Counted from the stretch's first letter, positions 16,944 through 24,313 are shown. The stretch is 24,313 nucleotides of DNA from Gemmatimonadota bacterium (GCA_039588275.1 JBDHAC010000076.1:1-24313); one strand, 5' to 3'. Notes: generated from the sequence alone by a model not told the origin. Made by a program: numbers and translations.

Positions 16944-17146
16944 AGCGTGTGGGCGCGGGTGATGCGGGAGAGCACGACGGCGCTTCCGTAGCATCAGGGA
17001 CGGGCCAGGCCGGCCGCGCTCCTGTTGGCGGCGGCGGTCGCCACCGGCCGGCGAGATCAGTCGGAGCCAGCGGCTGCCACCGGCTACGCCGGGAGATGCG
17101 GCTCCGCGACCCCGAGGATCTGCTTGCCTCCCGCCTCGACGAACGC
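16944..17146. repeat. Direct repeat copy B of the kinase-kinase convergent junction
   Basis: Begins with a kinase 1 remnant SVWARVMRESTTALP* (versus SVWARVKRESTTALP*) and runs into the true end of kinase 2. Confidence 0.85.
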
Positions 17147-19420
17147 GGCCGCGGCTTCCCGCTGCCCCTCGCGGGCCCGCTCGAAGGTCGCCTGGAATCG
17201 CGGTTCTTCACGGAACACGTCGAACCAGGGGTCCTGTTCGAGCCCTTCGACCGCGTAGAGCCCCCGCTCGACCATCGCCTCGACGACCTCGAGGCCCAGC
17301 TCGATCAGACCGCCCCGACCCGCGGTGCGCGCGAGGAAGAAGAGAGCCTCGGGATCCCGGACACCCCGGTCGAGGACCTGGCGCAGCTTCGCCTCGGCTT
17401 CCTCCGGCCGGCCCCGGAGCGCGGCGATCGCTGCCCCGAGGTAGTATTCGCGTGCCCCCTCTATGTCCAGCTCCAACGCTTGCTCGAGCAGCTCCAACGC
17501 CCCTGCGTCGTCTCCCTGCCGCCCTTTGATCATCGCCTGCAAATAGATGGCGTCCTGCTCCGGGACGATCTCGAGGGCCCGCTCGAACTCGCCGAGCTGA
17601 ATGTAGGTGTGCTCGACGCTCGTCCGGATCTTGGGATCGAGGGTCCGGGCCCGCTCGTGCGCGGCGATCGAGGCGGCGTACAGCCCCTGGAAACGGCACG
17701 CCGGGACGAGTCCCGCCCACAGGTTCGCCTCGCTCGGCTGTTCCCTGATGCGCTCCAGCAGTCGAAGCATCGCCCCTCGCCCGTCGGCGAGCTCTTCGAG
17801 CTGGTAGTACGTGTAGAAGTTGTGGAGGAGCGGCGACTCGGGATCCAGCTCCGACGCCTTCTCGAACGCTGCGCGCGCCAACTCCAGGTGGCCTTCTGGA
17901 TCTTCGTCGAAGTACTTGCCGATGACTCGACATACACGCGCGTACTGCACGCGCGCCGGGACGTAGTCCGGGTCTCTCTCGACGGCCTCCCGCAGCAGGT
18001 CGCGAATGGCCAGCACGTCCGCGTTCGTCTTGATCATGCCCTCCGCGTGGAGGGCGCGCAGGAAGAGCTCGTACGCATCCGGGCTGGCCGGCACATCGCG
18101 GTGCAGCCGGGCCTCTTCGTTCGGGGTGAGCGGGATCGCCACTCCCTCCACCACCTTGCTCGCCAGTTCGTCCTGGAGCTGGAAGAGATCCCCGATCGGG
18201 ACGTCCTCCTGGAGCGACCACACCACCGTACCGGACGGCACCTGCAGGAGCTCTGCGTTGAGGCGCAGCCGCGAGCCCGCCGACATGAGGTTGCCGGCGA
18301 GGGCGTAATCGACCTCGACCTGGGACGCCAGCTTCTTCAGGTCCGGCTCGGCCCCACCCACCGATGCCGCGACACGCGTCGAGCGCACCGCGAGGTGCTG
18401 GATGCCCGCGAGCGAGGCGCCGATCGCCTCGGGGAGGCTCGTCGACAGGAAGTCGACCTCCGGATCGGGGCGCAGCATCCGAAATGGGAGCGCGATGAAG
18501 CGCCGGACCGTCTCGGCCCGACGCCGGCTCAGGGGGGTCTCGCGACCGCCGCTCTGTAGCGCGCGTACTCGCTCCAGCGCCTCGCTCAGCGACTGCGACA
18601 TCTCGTCCGCCGATGCAGGCCGTTCCTCGGGGTCCTTGGCGACTGCGCGGCGGATGACCCGGTCGATCGCGTCGATCCCGAGGGTGCCGCCCAGGGGCGC
18701 CGGCTGCTCGTGCGCGCACGCGTGGAAGACTTCGATCGCGTTCGATCCGGGGAACGCGTGCTCGCCCGACAGCATCTCGTACAGGACCGCCCCGCACGAG
18801 AACAGGTCGCTCCGCGGGCCCACCTCTTCGGCGCGCCACTGCTCGGGCGCCATGTAGTGAGGCGTACCCATGATCGCCCCGGTCTGCGTGAGCTGCATGT
18901 CCTCGGGCGTGTCGACGGGACGCGCGAGCCCGAAATCGAGCAGCTTGGTGCCGACCTCGGTGAGGAAGATGTTCGAGGGCTTCAGGTCGCGGTGGACGAG
19001 CCCGCGCCCGTGCAGGAAACCGAGCGGCTCGAGGACCCCGAGGCCGATCGAGACGGCCTCCTCGATGCCGAGCCGCTCCCGTTCGAGCCGCGCGTGGAGT
19101 GACTCGCCCTCGAGGAGCTCCATCGCGACCCAGAGCTCGTCTTCGCGCTCCTCGACCCCGTACACCTGGCAGATCCCGGGGTGATTGAGGCTCGCCGCGG
19201 CGCGGGCTTCTCGCCACAGGCGGTCCCGGAGCTCGTCGGATTTGAGCTCGCCGAGCGTCTTGAGCGCGACCTGGCGGCCCAGTCGCTCGTCCTCGGCGCG
19301 GTACACCACGCCCATGCCCCCGCGCCCCAGGACGCCGGTGATCCGGTACGGACCGATCGTCTGGGGCTGTTCGCTGCGTTCGGCGGCTCGGTCCGAGCCT
19401 CGCTTGAAGCGCTTGAGCAT
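17084..19420 (-). CDS. Hanks-type Ser/Thr kinase with TolB-like domain and TPRs, no TM segment
   Basis: IGPYRI...LGRGGMGVVY, VALK, EARAAASLNHPGI, HRDLKPSN, DFG, GTPHYMAPE, DLFSCG; IALPFRML, AYELFLRA, TPRs. Start taken at ATG 19420 (uncertain). Confidence 0.92.
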   Translation of the reverse strand: MLKRFKRGSDRAAERSEQPQTIGPYRITGVLGRGGMGVVYRAEDERLGRQVALKTLGELKSDELRDRLWREARAAASLNHPGICQVYGVEEREDELWVAMELLEGESLHARLERERLGIEEAVSIGLGVLEPLGFLHGRGLVHRDLKPSNIFLTEVGTKLLDFGLARPVDTPEDMQLTQTGAIMGTPHYMAPEQWRAEEVGPRSDLFSCGAVLYEMLSGEHAFPGSNAIEVFHACAHEQPAPLGGTLGIDAIDRVIRRAVAKDPEERPASADEMSQSLSEALERVRALQSGGRETPLSRRRAETVRRFIALPFRMLRPDPEVDFLSTSLPEAIGASLAGIQHLAVRSTRVAASVGGAEPDLKKLASQVEVDYALAGNLMSAGSRLRLNAELLQVPSGTVVWSLQEDVPIGDLFQLQDELASKVVEGVAIPLTPNEEARLHRDVPASPDAYELFLRALHAEGMIKTNADVLAIRDLLREAVERDPDYVPARVQYARVCRVIGKYFDEDPEGHLELARAAFEKASELDPESPLLHNFYTYYQLEELADGRGAMLRLLERIREQPSEANLWAGLVPACRFQGLYAASIAAHERARTLDPKIRTSVEHTYIQLGEFERALEIVPEQDAIYLQAMIKGRQGDDAGALELLEQALELDIEGAREYYLGAAIAALRGRPEEAEAKLRQVLDRGVRDPEALFFLARTAGRGGLIELGLEVVEAMVERGLYAVEGLEQDPWFDVFREEPRFQATFERAREGQREAAAAFVEAGGKQILGVAEPHLPA

Positions 19421-19627
19421 CGCGGCGTCGCATCCTCGGTCTCGGGTGTGACCATTCGCGTCCGGGAAGATGCACCGGACTGCCCGGGTCGCGCGAACCC
19501 CGGCACCCGTTGTCCCCTCGACTCGCGCCACCTAGCTCTAACCGGTGACGATCGGGCTGCGTGGGATATCAGAAAGCGCAGCTCGTACGACCCTCTGGAT
19601 CTGCAGGCAGAGCGGAAGGAGCGCCCG

Positions 19628-20008
19628 ATGACGCTCGTAGCTCTCCTCATCAGTCTCTTCGTGGCAGCCCTGGGTGCGCTCGCCCTGCTGGCCCCCAAGC
19701 CCTTCGTGCGCCTGATGCGGGCCTTCGAGACTCCGGCCGGACTGTACGTGACCGCCGCGATCCGGCTCGTCTTCGGCGTCGCACTCGTGTTCGCGGCACC
19801 GGGCTCACGCTCTCCTCTGGTCATCTGGATCCTCGGCATGATCATCTTCGTGGCCGGGCTCGCCACGTTGATGGTGAGTCTCGACCGCTTCAAGCGTCTC
19901 CTGGAGTGGTGGCTGGCCAAGGGAGCGGGGTTCTGGCGCGCCTGGGGAGCCGTCGTGCTGGGCCTCGCCCTGCTGCTCGCCTATACGATCGCGCCGTGGT
20001 GGAGATGA
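19628..20008 (+). CDS. Small 4-TM membrane protein, copy 2
   Basis: Paralogue of 12139-12510; ATG after AAGGAG. Confidence 0.85.
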   Translation: MTLVALLISLFVAALGALALLAPKPFVRLMRAFETPAGLYVTAAIRLVFGVALVFAAPGSRSPLVIWILGMIIFVAGLATLMVSLDRFKRLLEWWLAKGAGFWRAWGAVVLGLALLLAYTIAPWWR

Positions 20009-20015
20009 GGAGGAG

Positions 20016-20393
20016 ATGAACAGGGCTCTGTTGTGCTCCGCCGCGGCGGTGCTGGTGTGCGCGGGCTGTGCCTCGGTCGAGATGGAAGAGGGCCTCGGCG
20101 AGGACCTGCAGACCATCGTGGGGCAATTGGAGGTGGTGGTCGACAACAACACCGATTGGCCCGTGATGGTCCGGATCGCCTCGATCCGGATCGGCGAGGC
20201 CAGGCCCAACGGGACTACGACCCTGACGGCACCACGGGAGCAGATCGCGGGTCGCCGGGTGTCCGTGTGCGTGGACCCGATCGGAGACTCTCGCAGGCGG
20301 TGCTACTCAGGGCCGTTCGTGGTCCCCAGCCAGGTGCGGGAGATCAGGATCACGGTTCCGCGGGTGGGTCAGATACGGGTGTCCGCGCTGTAG
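20016..20393 (+). CDS. Small lipoprotein, copy 2
   Basis: Lipobox CAGC; paralogue of 12507-12887; SD GAGGAGG. Confidence 0.85.
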   Translation: MNRALLCSAAAVLVCAGCASVEMEEGLGEDLQTIVGQLEVVVDNNTDWPVMVRIASIRIGEARPNGTTTLTAPREQIAGRRVSVCVDPIGDSRRRCYSGPFVVPSQVREIRITVPRVGQIRVSAL

Positions 20394-20418
20394 GGTCGGC
20401 CGGCACCTTCTTCCGAGT

Positions 20419-20451
20419 CGCCCTTCGCCCCGGTTGCCGCGGCGAAGGGCG
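20419..20451. terminator. GC-rich hairpin after lipoprotein copy 2
   Basis: CGCCCTTCGCC...GGCGAAGGGCG, 11-bp perfect arms; no U-tract. Confidence 0.45.
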
Positions 20452-20698
20452 GCCCCCGTTGGAGGCCGCCCCAAATCACCCTGCTGGGACGTAGAACGCC
20501 CCCAGCCTACTGCTGGCTCTCGCGTTGCCTGCAAATGAAGGCCGTCGCCTACCCCCGCCGATCCCCTCCCGACCGATGGCCACCTCCTTTAGCCCGGCCC
20601 AGGGGGCCTTGCTCGCATGCGCGCTCAGCGATGAGGCCGTTTTGATTAAGAGCTGGAGCGTTGGCGAGAACTCCCATCGTGTCCTCCGCGAGACCGGA

Positions 20699-20941
20699 AT
20701 GCCCACGCTTCTTCGCCACGGTCCCTATCGCTTCTACGTCTTCAGCAACGAGCACCACGAGCCGCCGCATGTGCACGTGGATCGTGATGACAAGAGCGCG
20801 AAGATCTGGCTGCAGCCTGTCTCCGTGGCTCGAAACCACGGTCTTAGCCCGCTGGAACTGAGGAGCATCGTCCGGTTAGTAAGGGCGAATCAACGCCGTC
20901 TGCTGGAGGCCTGGCATGAGCACCCCAAATACCCGCACTGA
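20699..20941 (+). CDS. DUF4160 family protein (predicted TA component)
   Basis: MPTLLR.GPYRFY.FSNE..EPPHVHV....AKIWL.PV..A.N.G....EL...W; overlaps the next gene. Confidence 0.88.
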   Translation: MPTLLRHGPYRFYVFSNEHHEPPHVHVDRDDKSAKIWLQPVSVARNHGLSPLELRSIVRLVRANQRRLLEAWHEHPKYPH

Positions 20942-21188
20942 GGCGCCCGACTCCGGAGGCCGAATCCGGGACGTTCACGTCGACGATCGACGCTTGAGCG
21001 TCGATCTGGAGGACGGTCGCACGATCTCGGTTCCGCTCGAGTGGTCTCCGCGGCTGGCGACGGCTACGCCGGAGCAACGCGCCAACTGGCGGATCATCGC
21101 GGGAGGACATGGCATCCATTGGCCGGATGTCGATGAGGATTTGAGTGTCGAGGGCCTATTGCTAGGGGCGAGGGCGCCAGAGGCGTAG
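20916..21188 (+). CDS. DUF2442 family protein (partner of DUF4160)
   Basis: LSVDLEDGRTISVPLEWSPRL..ATPEQRANW......GIHWPDVDEDLSVEGLL. Confidence 0.9.
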   Translation: MSTPNTRTEAPDSGGRIRDVHVDDRRLSVDLEDGRTISVPLEWSPRLATATPEQRANWRIIAGGHGIHWPDVDEDLSVEGLLLGARAPEA

Positions 21189-21563
21189 GGGAGTGTGGGC
21201 GGCGATGCGCTCGAAGTCCGCGTCCGGACTCAACAGGGTGGCTTCCATGTCGAGGCAGATCTGGGCGATCACGCAGTCGACCGCACCCCGAACCGTGACT
21301 CCGGCGCGTCGCAGCGTCCGGAACAAGCCCGCCGCCTCGACATGGCAGTCGACGGACGGATGAATGACGGGGAGTGAGACGAGGAGATCCCTGGCCCGTC
21401 GGAAGCCGCGGTCGGTTCGGAAGCCCTGAAGCACCTCGGTGATGATGATCGGGAGGACCGCGAGATCCTCCTCCTCCGACAGGGCGACATCCAGGCGCTC
21501 GACGTGCGGCTGTGCGAGCCCGTTGAAGAAGTCCGCCCACGTGTTCGAGTCGACGATCAGCAT
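21162..21563 (-). CDS. vapC: VapC PIN-domain ribonuclease toxin
   Basis: LIVDSN, TEVLQG, VDCVIA, SPDADF: the acidic PIN residues are present. Confidence 0.9.
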   Translation of the reverse strand: MLIVDSNTWADFFNGLAQPHVERLDVALSEEEDLAVLPIIITEVLQGFRTDRGFRRARDLLVSLPVIHPSVDCHVEAAGLFRTLRRAGVTVRGAVDCVIAQICLDMEATLLSPDADFERIAAHTPLRLWRPRP

Positions 21564-21599
21564 GCGGGCGAGATGACGATCATCCAGCGTCCCGGCCCA

Positions 21600-21812
21600 T
21601 CATCCGTGGGATGTGCGCCCCGACCGCCAGGAGTCGACATCGCCTTCCCACGAGAGCCGACCCCGAAGCCGCCGGAGCGCCCGGTAGATCTCTCCCTTTT
21701 CCACCAGGCGGCGAAGCGCGATGTCGACCACCTCGCGCTTGGTCCGCGCACCGGTGAGTCGCATGGCCTTCTCGACCAACGCGTCGTCGAGGACGATGTT
21801 CGTTCGGCCCAT
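21600..21812 (-). CDS. vapB: VapB ribbon-helix-helix antitoxin
   Basis: RTNIVLDDALVEKAMRLTG.RTKREVVD.ALR...LRG...WEGD; SD GGAGAGG. Confidence 0.9.
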   Translation of the reverse strand: MGRTNIVLDDALVEKAMRLTGARTKREVVDIALRRLVEKGEIYRALRRLRGRLSWEGDVDSWRSGRTSHG

Positions 21813-21837
21813 GTTTCCTCTCCTGGTCGACACTCGT

Positions 21838-21866
21838 ATACACCAATATTGCTATAATTGGTGTAT
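21838..21866. promoter_or_regulatory. Palindromic operator upstream of vapBC
   Basis: Perfect 10-bp arms ATACACCAAT-N9-ATTGGTGTAT, AT-rich, 25 bp upstream of the vapB start. Confidence 0.75.
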
Positions 21867-21928
21867 GTCGCAAACCGAACTCATCTCTCGATGACCCCTC
21901 CCCTTCGTGATGGAGGGCGCTGCCGGGT

Positions 21929-22333
21929 TCATGAAAGGGCATCCAGCAAGACCTGCGTCGCAGCGAGCATGTCGGTGAGCAGGCGCTCATCGTGTTCCAG
22001 CTAACCCTCGTACTCGGCGAGATTGCGCCGTTCGTGTGCCTTGGCCAGAACCCGCCATTGCCCGGTGCGGAGGCCCGCCGTGTGCGGCAGAGCCTGGAAG
22101 ACCATGTAGCGGTTGTCGGATCGATAGCCCATGCGTCGAAGTGCGTACAGCGCCAGCGCGTGCGCGGCGTTGTATGCCAGATCGAAACGGCTCTCGAACG
22201 AGAGATCCGCCCGCCGGGCATCCGCCAGACGAGACGCGCCGGACCGCCTGAGTCCGGCCAGCTCTTCCTCGCCGGCCGGCTCCTTCTTGAGCGCGCCGAT
22301 CCGGACGAGGTTCTCGAGCTCACTCGAGCTCAT
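21929..22333 (-). pseudogene. HEPN-like protein interrupted by an in-frame TAG at 22001-22003
   Basis: RFDLAYNAAH..A..AL...GYR and H.RRNLAEYEG; after the TAG the frame continues LEHDERLLTDMLAATQVLLDALS to TGA at 21929; start overlaps the upstream MNT gene. Confidence 0.75.
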
Positions 22334-22940
22334 TCTCGGAACCGAGCACGAACAGTCGCGGACCGGCATCGACGCGGGCCGAGAATCCCTCCGACCACGC
22401 ACGCTTCCGTCGCCACTCCGCAGGAGTCATCAGATTCGCGTTGATCGGGCGCCCCAGCTGACGTTCGACCGGCTGCAGCGCTTCGAAGAGCGTCGGATAG
22501 TCCAGTTCGTCGGCGATGACCATCAGATCGACATCGCTGTCGGCCCGGTCCTTTCCTTCGGCCACGGAACCATAAACGAAGGCCGCGCCTTCGTCGCCGA
22601 CGAGCGGGCCGAGGGCGGTCCGAAGCGGACCCAGGAGACCAACGGTCTTCCGCACCAGCGCGACGAGCTCCTCAAACACCGGGGAGTCCGGGTTGGCCTG
22701 GTAGTACTTCTGACGGCCCTCGACGCTTTCTCGCACGAGGCCGCTCTGCGCCAAACGCTTGATCATGCGATGTGTGGCGCCGGTGCCGGAGCCCACCAGG
22801 CGGATCAGCTCCACGCTCTGGAAGCGACGTTCCGGCTGGCCGAATAGCAGCCCGAGCACGCGCTGCTGGACGGAGGTGAACAGCGCATCGGCCAGCGCCG
22901 TGGAGACGCCCCTCTCGTCGACTTTCTCTTGCGTTCCCAT
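22320..22940 (-). CDS. Winged-HTH + minimal nucleotidyltransferase (MNT) fusion, predicted antitoxin/repressor
   Basis: LADALF...QQRVL.LLF.QPER...ELIR...G.QKYYQAN (wHTH), then AFVYGSVA.G.....SDVDLMV (GS-x10-DxD). Start uncertain. Confidence 0.85.
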   Translation of the reverse strand: MGTQEKVDERGVSTALADALFTSVQQRVLGLLFGQPERRFQSVELIRLVGSGTGATHRMIKRLAQSGLVRESVEGRQKYYQANPDSPVFEELVALVRKTVGLLGPLRTALGPLVGDEGAAFVYGSVAEGKDRADSDVDLMVIADELDYPTLFEALQPVERQLGRPINANLMTPAEWRRKRAWSEGFSARVDAGPRLFVLGSENELE

Positions 22941-22970
22941 ATCGGGAACGGAAATACCCAAGGCGGGAAC
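22932..22970. promoter_or_regulatory. Tandem palindromic operator boxes at the wHTH-MNT start
   Basis: CGTTCCC-ATATC-GGGAACG (22932-22950) and TACCC-AAGGC-GGGAA (22955-22969), 21 bp apart. Confidence 0.6.
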
Positions 22971-23017
22971 GTCGTGCAAGCGCTCTCCGCCGACTGGGAC
23001 GCTACCCGACCTCGAGC

Positions 23018-23272
23018 TCAGCGTACGGGCGCGACCGTCTTCCCCACTTCGTAGAGAAACTCGGGCGCGAAGTCCGCGCCGTTCGGCCACTCCACAGTCT
23101 TGGTCTCGGGGTTTACGCGGACCCGGGAGAAGAAGTCGAGATCTCGGAGCGGCTCGAACACGTCGCCGTAGAGCTCGTCCTCGAGGTCCACGTCTTTCGT
23201 TGCGCCATCGCTGAACCTGAGCCTCAGCCTGAAGCCGCCCAGGTAGCGAACAGATTCGACGTGAAGGATCAT
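23018..23272 (-). CDS. DUF2442 family protein, second subtype
   Basis: HVESVRYL...RL.L.FSDG....VDL...L.G.VFEPL.D...F..V......TVEWPNGADFAPEFLY; ATGA coupling to the upstream gene. Confidence 0.9.
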   Translation of the reverse strand: MILHVESVRYLGGFRLRLRFSDGATKDVDLEDELYGDVFEPLRDLDFFSRVRVNPETKTVEWPNGADFAPEFLYEVGKTVAPVR

Positions 23273-23541
23273 CTGCGACCTACCCACCGCAGCGGTGGGA
23301 TCGGCTCGAGCGGCCGGTGCTCGCGCGCCCGATTCCAGTCGTCCATGAGCTCATTGCGATGCTGCTGGGCCCACTCCAACACCATGCGTAGGGGGCGCTG
23401 CGTCATGCGCCCGGTGACCAGCCCACCGTCGATCTCCACGATCACTTCCTCGTTCTGGTAGCGCGCGTGGAAGTGTGGAGGCGGGTGATCATTGTAGTGC
23501 ATGAAGATCACGATTCCAAAGAACCGGCTGATGACGGGCAT
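23269..23541 (-). CDS. DUF4160 family protein, second subtype
   Basis: MPVISRFFGIVIFM.YNDH.PPHFHARY...V.EWA..H..EL...W......PL..I.PL. Confidence 0.9.
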   Translation of the reverse strand: MPVISRFFGIVIFMHYNDHPPPHFHARYQNEEVIVEIDGGLVTGRMTQRPLRMVLEWAQQHRNELMDDWNRAREHRPLEPIPPLRWVGRR

Positions 23542-23696
23542 TCGCCACCCCGAGCCTGGAGCCTCCGTTCCAGCGGACAGCCCAGCGTGGGGCATGCTCT
23601 CAACTGCGCGTGAAGGTGGATGTTGCCGCCGGGTGGGGGACGGGTCAGTCTTTCATCAGGATCCTCATCCAGAGGCTCGATACGGAGGCTCGATCC

Positions 23697-24313
23697 ATGC
23701 GACACGCCCGCCCGATCCCCCGCTCTTCCGCAACCTCGCGACTCGCGACCCTGCTATTCGGGACGCTGCTGCTCGCGACGCTGTCAATGGCTGCCACTGC
23801 CGTTCCCCTCCAGGGGCAGGTGGACGCCCGCATGTTCCGCTACCCCGACGTGTCGGACTCGCACATCACCTTCGTGTACGGCGGCGACATCTGGGTCGTC
23901 CCGAAGACGGGCGGGCTCGCCTCCAGGCTGAGCTCCCCGGCGGGTGAAGAGTTGTTCCCGCGCTTCTCGCCCGACGGGAGCCGGATCGCGTTCACCGGCA
24001 ACTACGACGGGAACTCCGACATCTACGTGCTGCCCGCGATGGGCGGCGTGCCCGAGCGGATCACCTACCATCCGTCCACCGACCGGCTGGTCGATTGGGC
24101 GCCCGACGGCTCATCGCTCCTGTTCGCGTCCCAGCGCCGTAGCGGGGTCCAGCGGTTCAACCAGCTCTATATGGTGGACGCGGACGGCGGGCTCCCGGAG
24201 AGGCTGCCGATGCCGTACGGCGAGTACGGCTCGCTGGCGTCCGGCGGCGATCGGATCGCGTATACGCCGAAGGCCCGGTGGGCGCGCACCTGGAAGCGGT
24301 ATCGGGGCGGGAT
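23697..24313 (+). CDS. Tricorn-like S41 family peptidase, N-terminal PD40/beta-propeller part (runs off the window end)
   Basis: Manual translation (absent from the ORF track): signal peptide, then DARMFRYPDVS...ITFVYGGDIWVV..GG.A.RL...GEE.FPRFSPDG..IAFTGNYDGN.D.Y...RITYHP...RTWKRYRGG; SD GGAGG. Confidence 0.88.
   Translation, partial: MRHARPIPRSSATSRLATLLFGTLLLATLSMAATAVPLQGQVDARMFRYPDVSDSHITFVYGGDIWVVPKTGGLASRLSSPAGEELFPRFSPDGSRIAFTGNYDGNSDIYVLPAMGGVPERITYHPSTDRLVDWAPDGSSLLFASQRRSGVQRFNQLYMVDADGGLPERLPMPYGEYGSLASGGDRIAYTPKARWARTWKRYRGG

Noticed and set aside
20581..20591. Orphan strong SD (TAAAGGAGGTG on the minus strand), as seen in type I toxin genes
   Set aside because: Followed by ATC rather than a start codon, and the downstream frame is not a hydrophobic peptide; at most a decayed gene start.
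21550..21590. Imperfect short duplication of the vapC start region (TGATCGTC..CTCG twice) with an out-of-frame ATG
   Set aside because: Too short to separate from chance or local slippage; vapC itself is intact.
22940..23090. N-terminal extensions in the ORF track (MNT to 23090; also starts at 2228, 5138, 7516, 12024, 19181, 20525, 23595)
   Set aside because: They overlap neighbouring genes or promoters and lack family-like sequence; internal starts with SD, gene coupling or family-typical N-termini fit better.
9688..23696. Integron cassette array as the explanation for the many small genes and TA modules
   Set aside because: No integrase, mixed gene orientations, and no repeated RYYYAAC...GTTRRRY paired sites; isolated TAAC or GTTAG words (about 12127, 15595, 19539) have no partners.
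1..24313. CRISPR array, tRNA/rRNA, IS elements, reverse transcriptase or DGR
   Set aside because: None recognised by eye; the repeats found are diverged gene duplicates, not regularly spaced repeats or adenine-specific TR/VR pairs.

Overview
High-GC bacterial window. The gene repertoire (Hanks kinase-TolB-TPR proteins, DUF305/LVIVD pair, many lipoproteins, tricorn protease) suggests Gemmatimonadota, which is inference only. Left part: quinohemoprotein PQQ alcohol dehydrogenase, FG-GAP lipoprotein, an XRE regulator with its own operator plus a conserved uncharacterised protein, csp-rpsU behind a highly structured leader, and DUF305 + LVIVD lipoproteins. Right part (about 9.7-23.6 kb) is a plastic accessory region with no integrase or transposase. 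It holds five toxin-antitoxin(-like) modules: HicAB, two DUF4160/DUF2442, VapBC, and wHTH-MNT/HEPN whose HEPN gene has an in-frame amber stop. It also holds two convergent Ser/Thr kinases bracketed by two diverged copies of a membrane-protein + lipoprotein operon, and several gene-end scars (a duplicated kinase-kinase junction, a DUF4160 3' fragment supplying another gene's RBS). The window ends in the 5' part of a tricorn-like S41 protease. Family assignments come from motif recognition; no searches were run.
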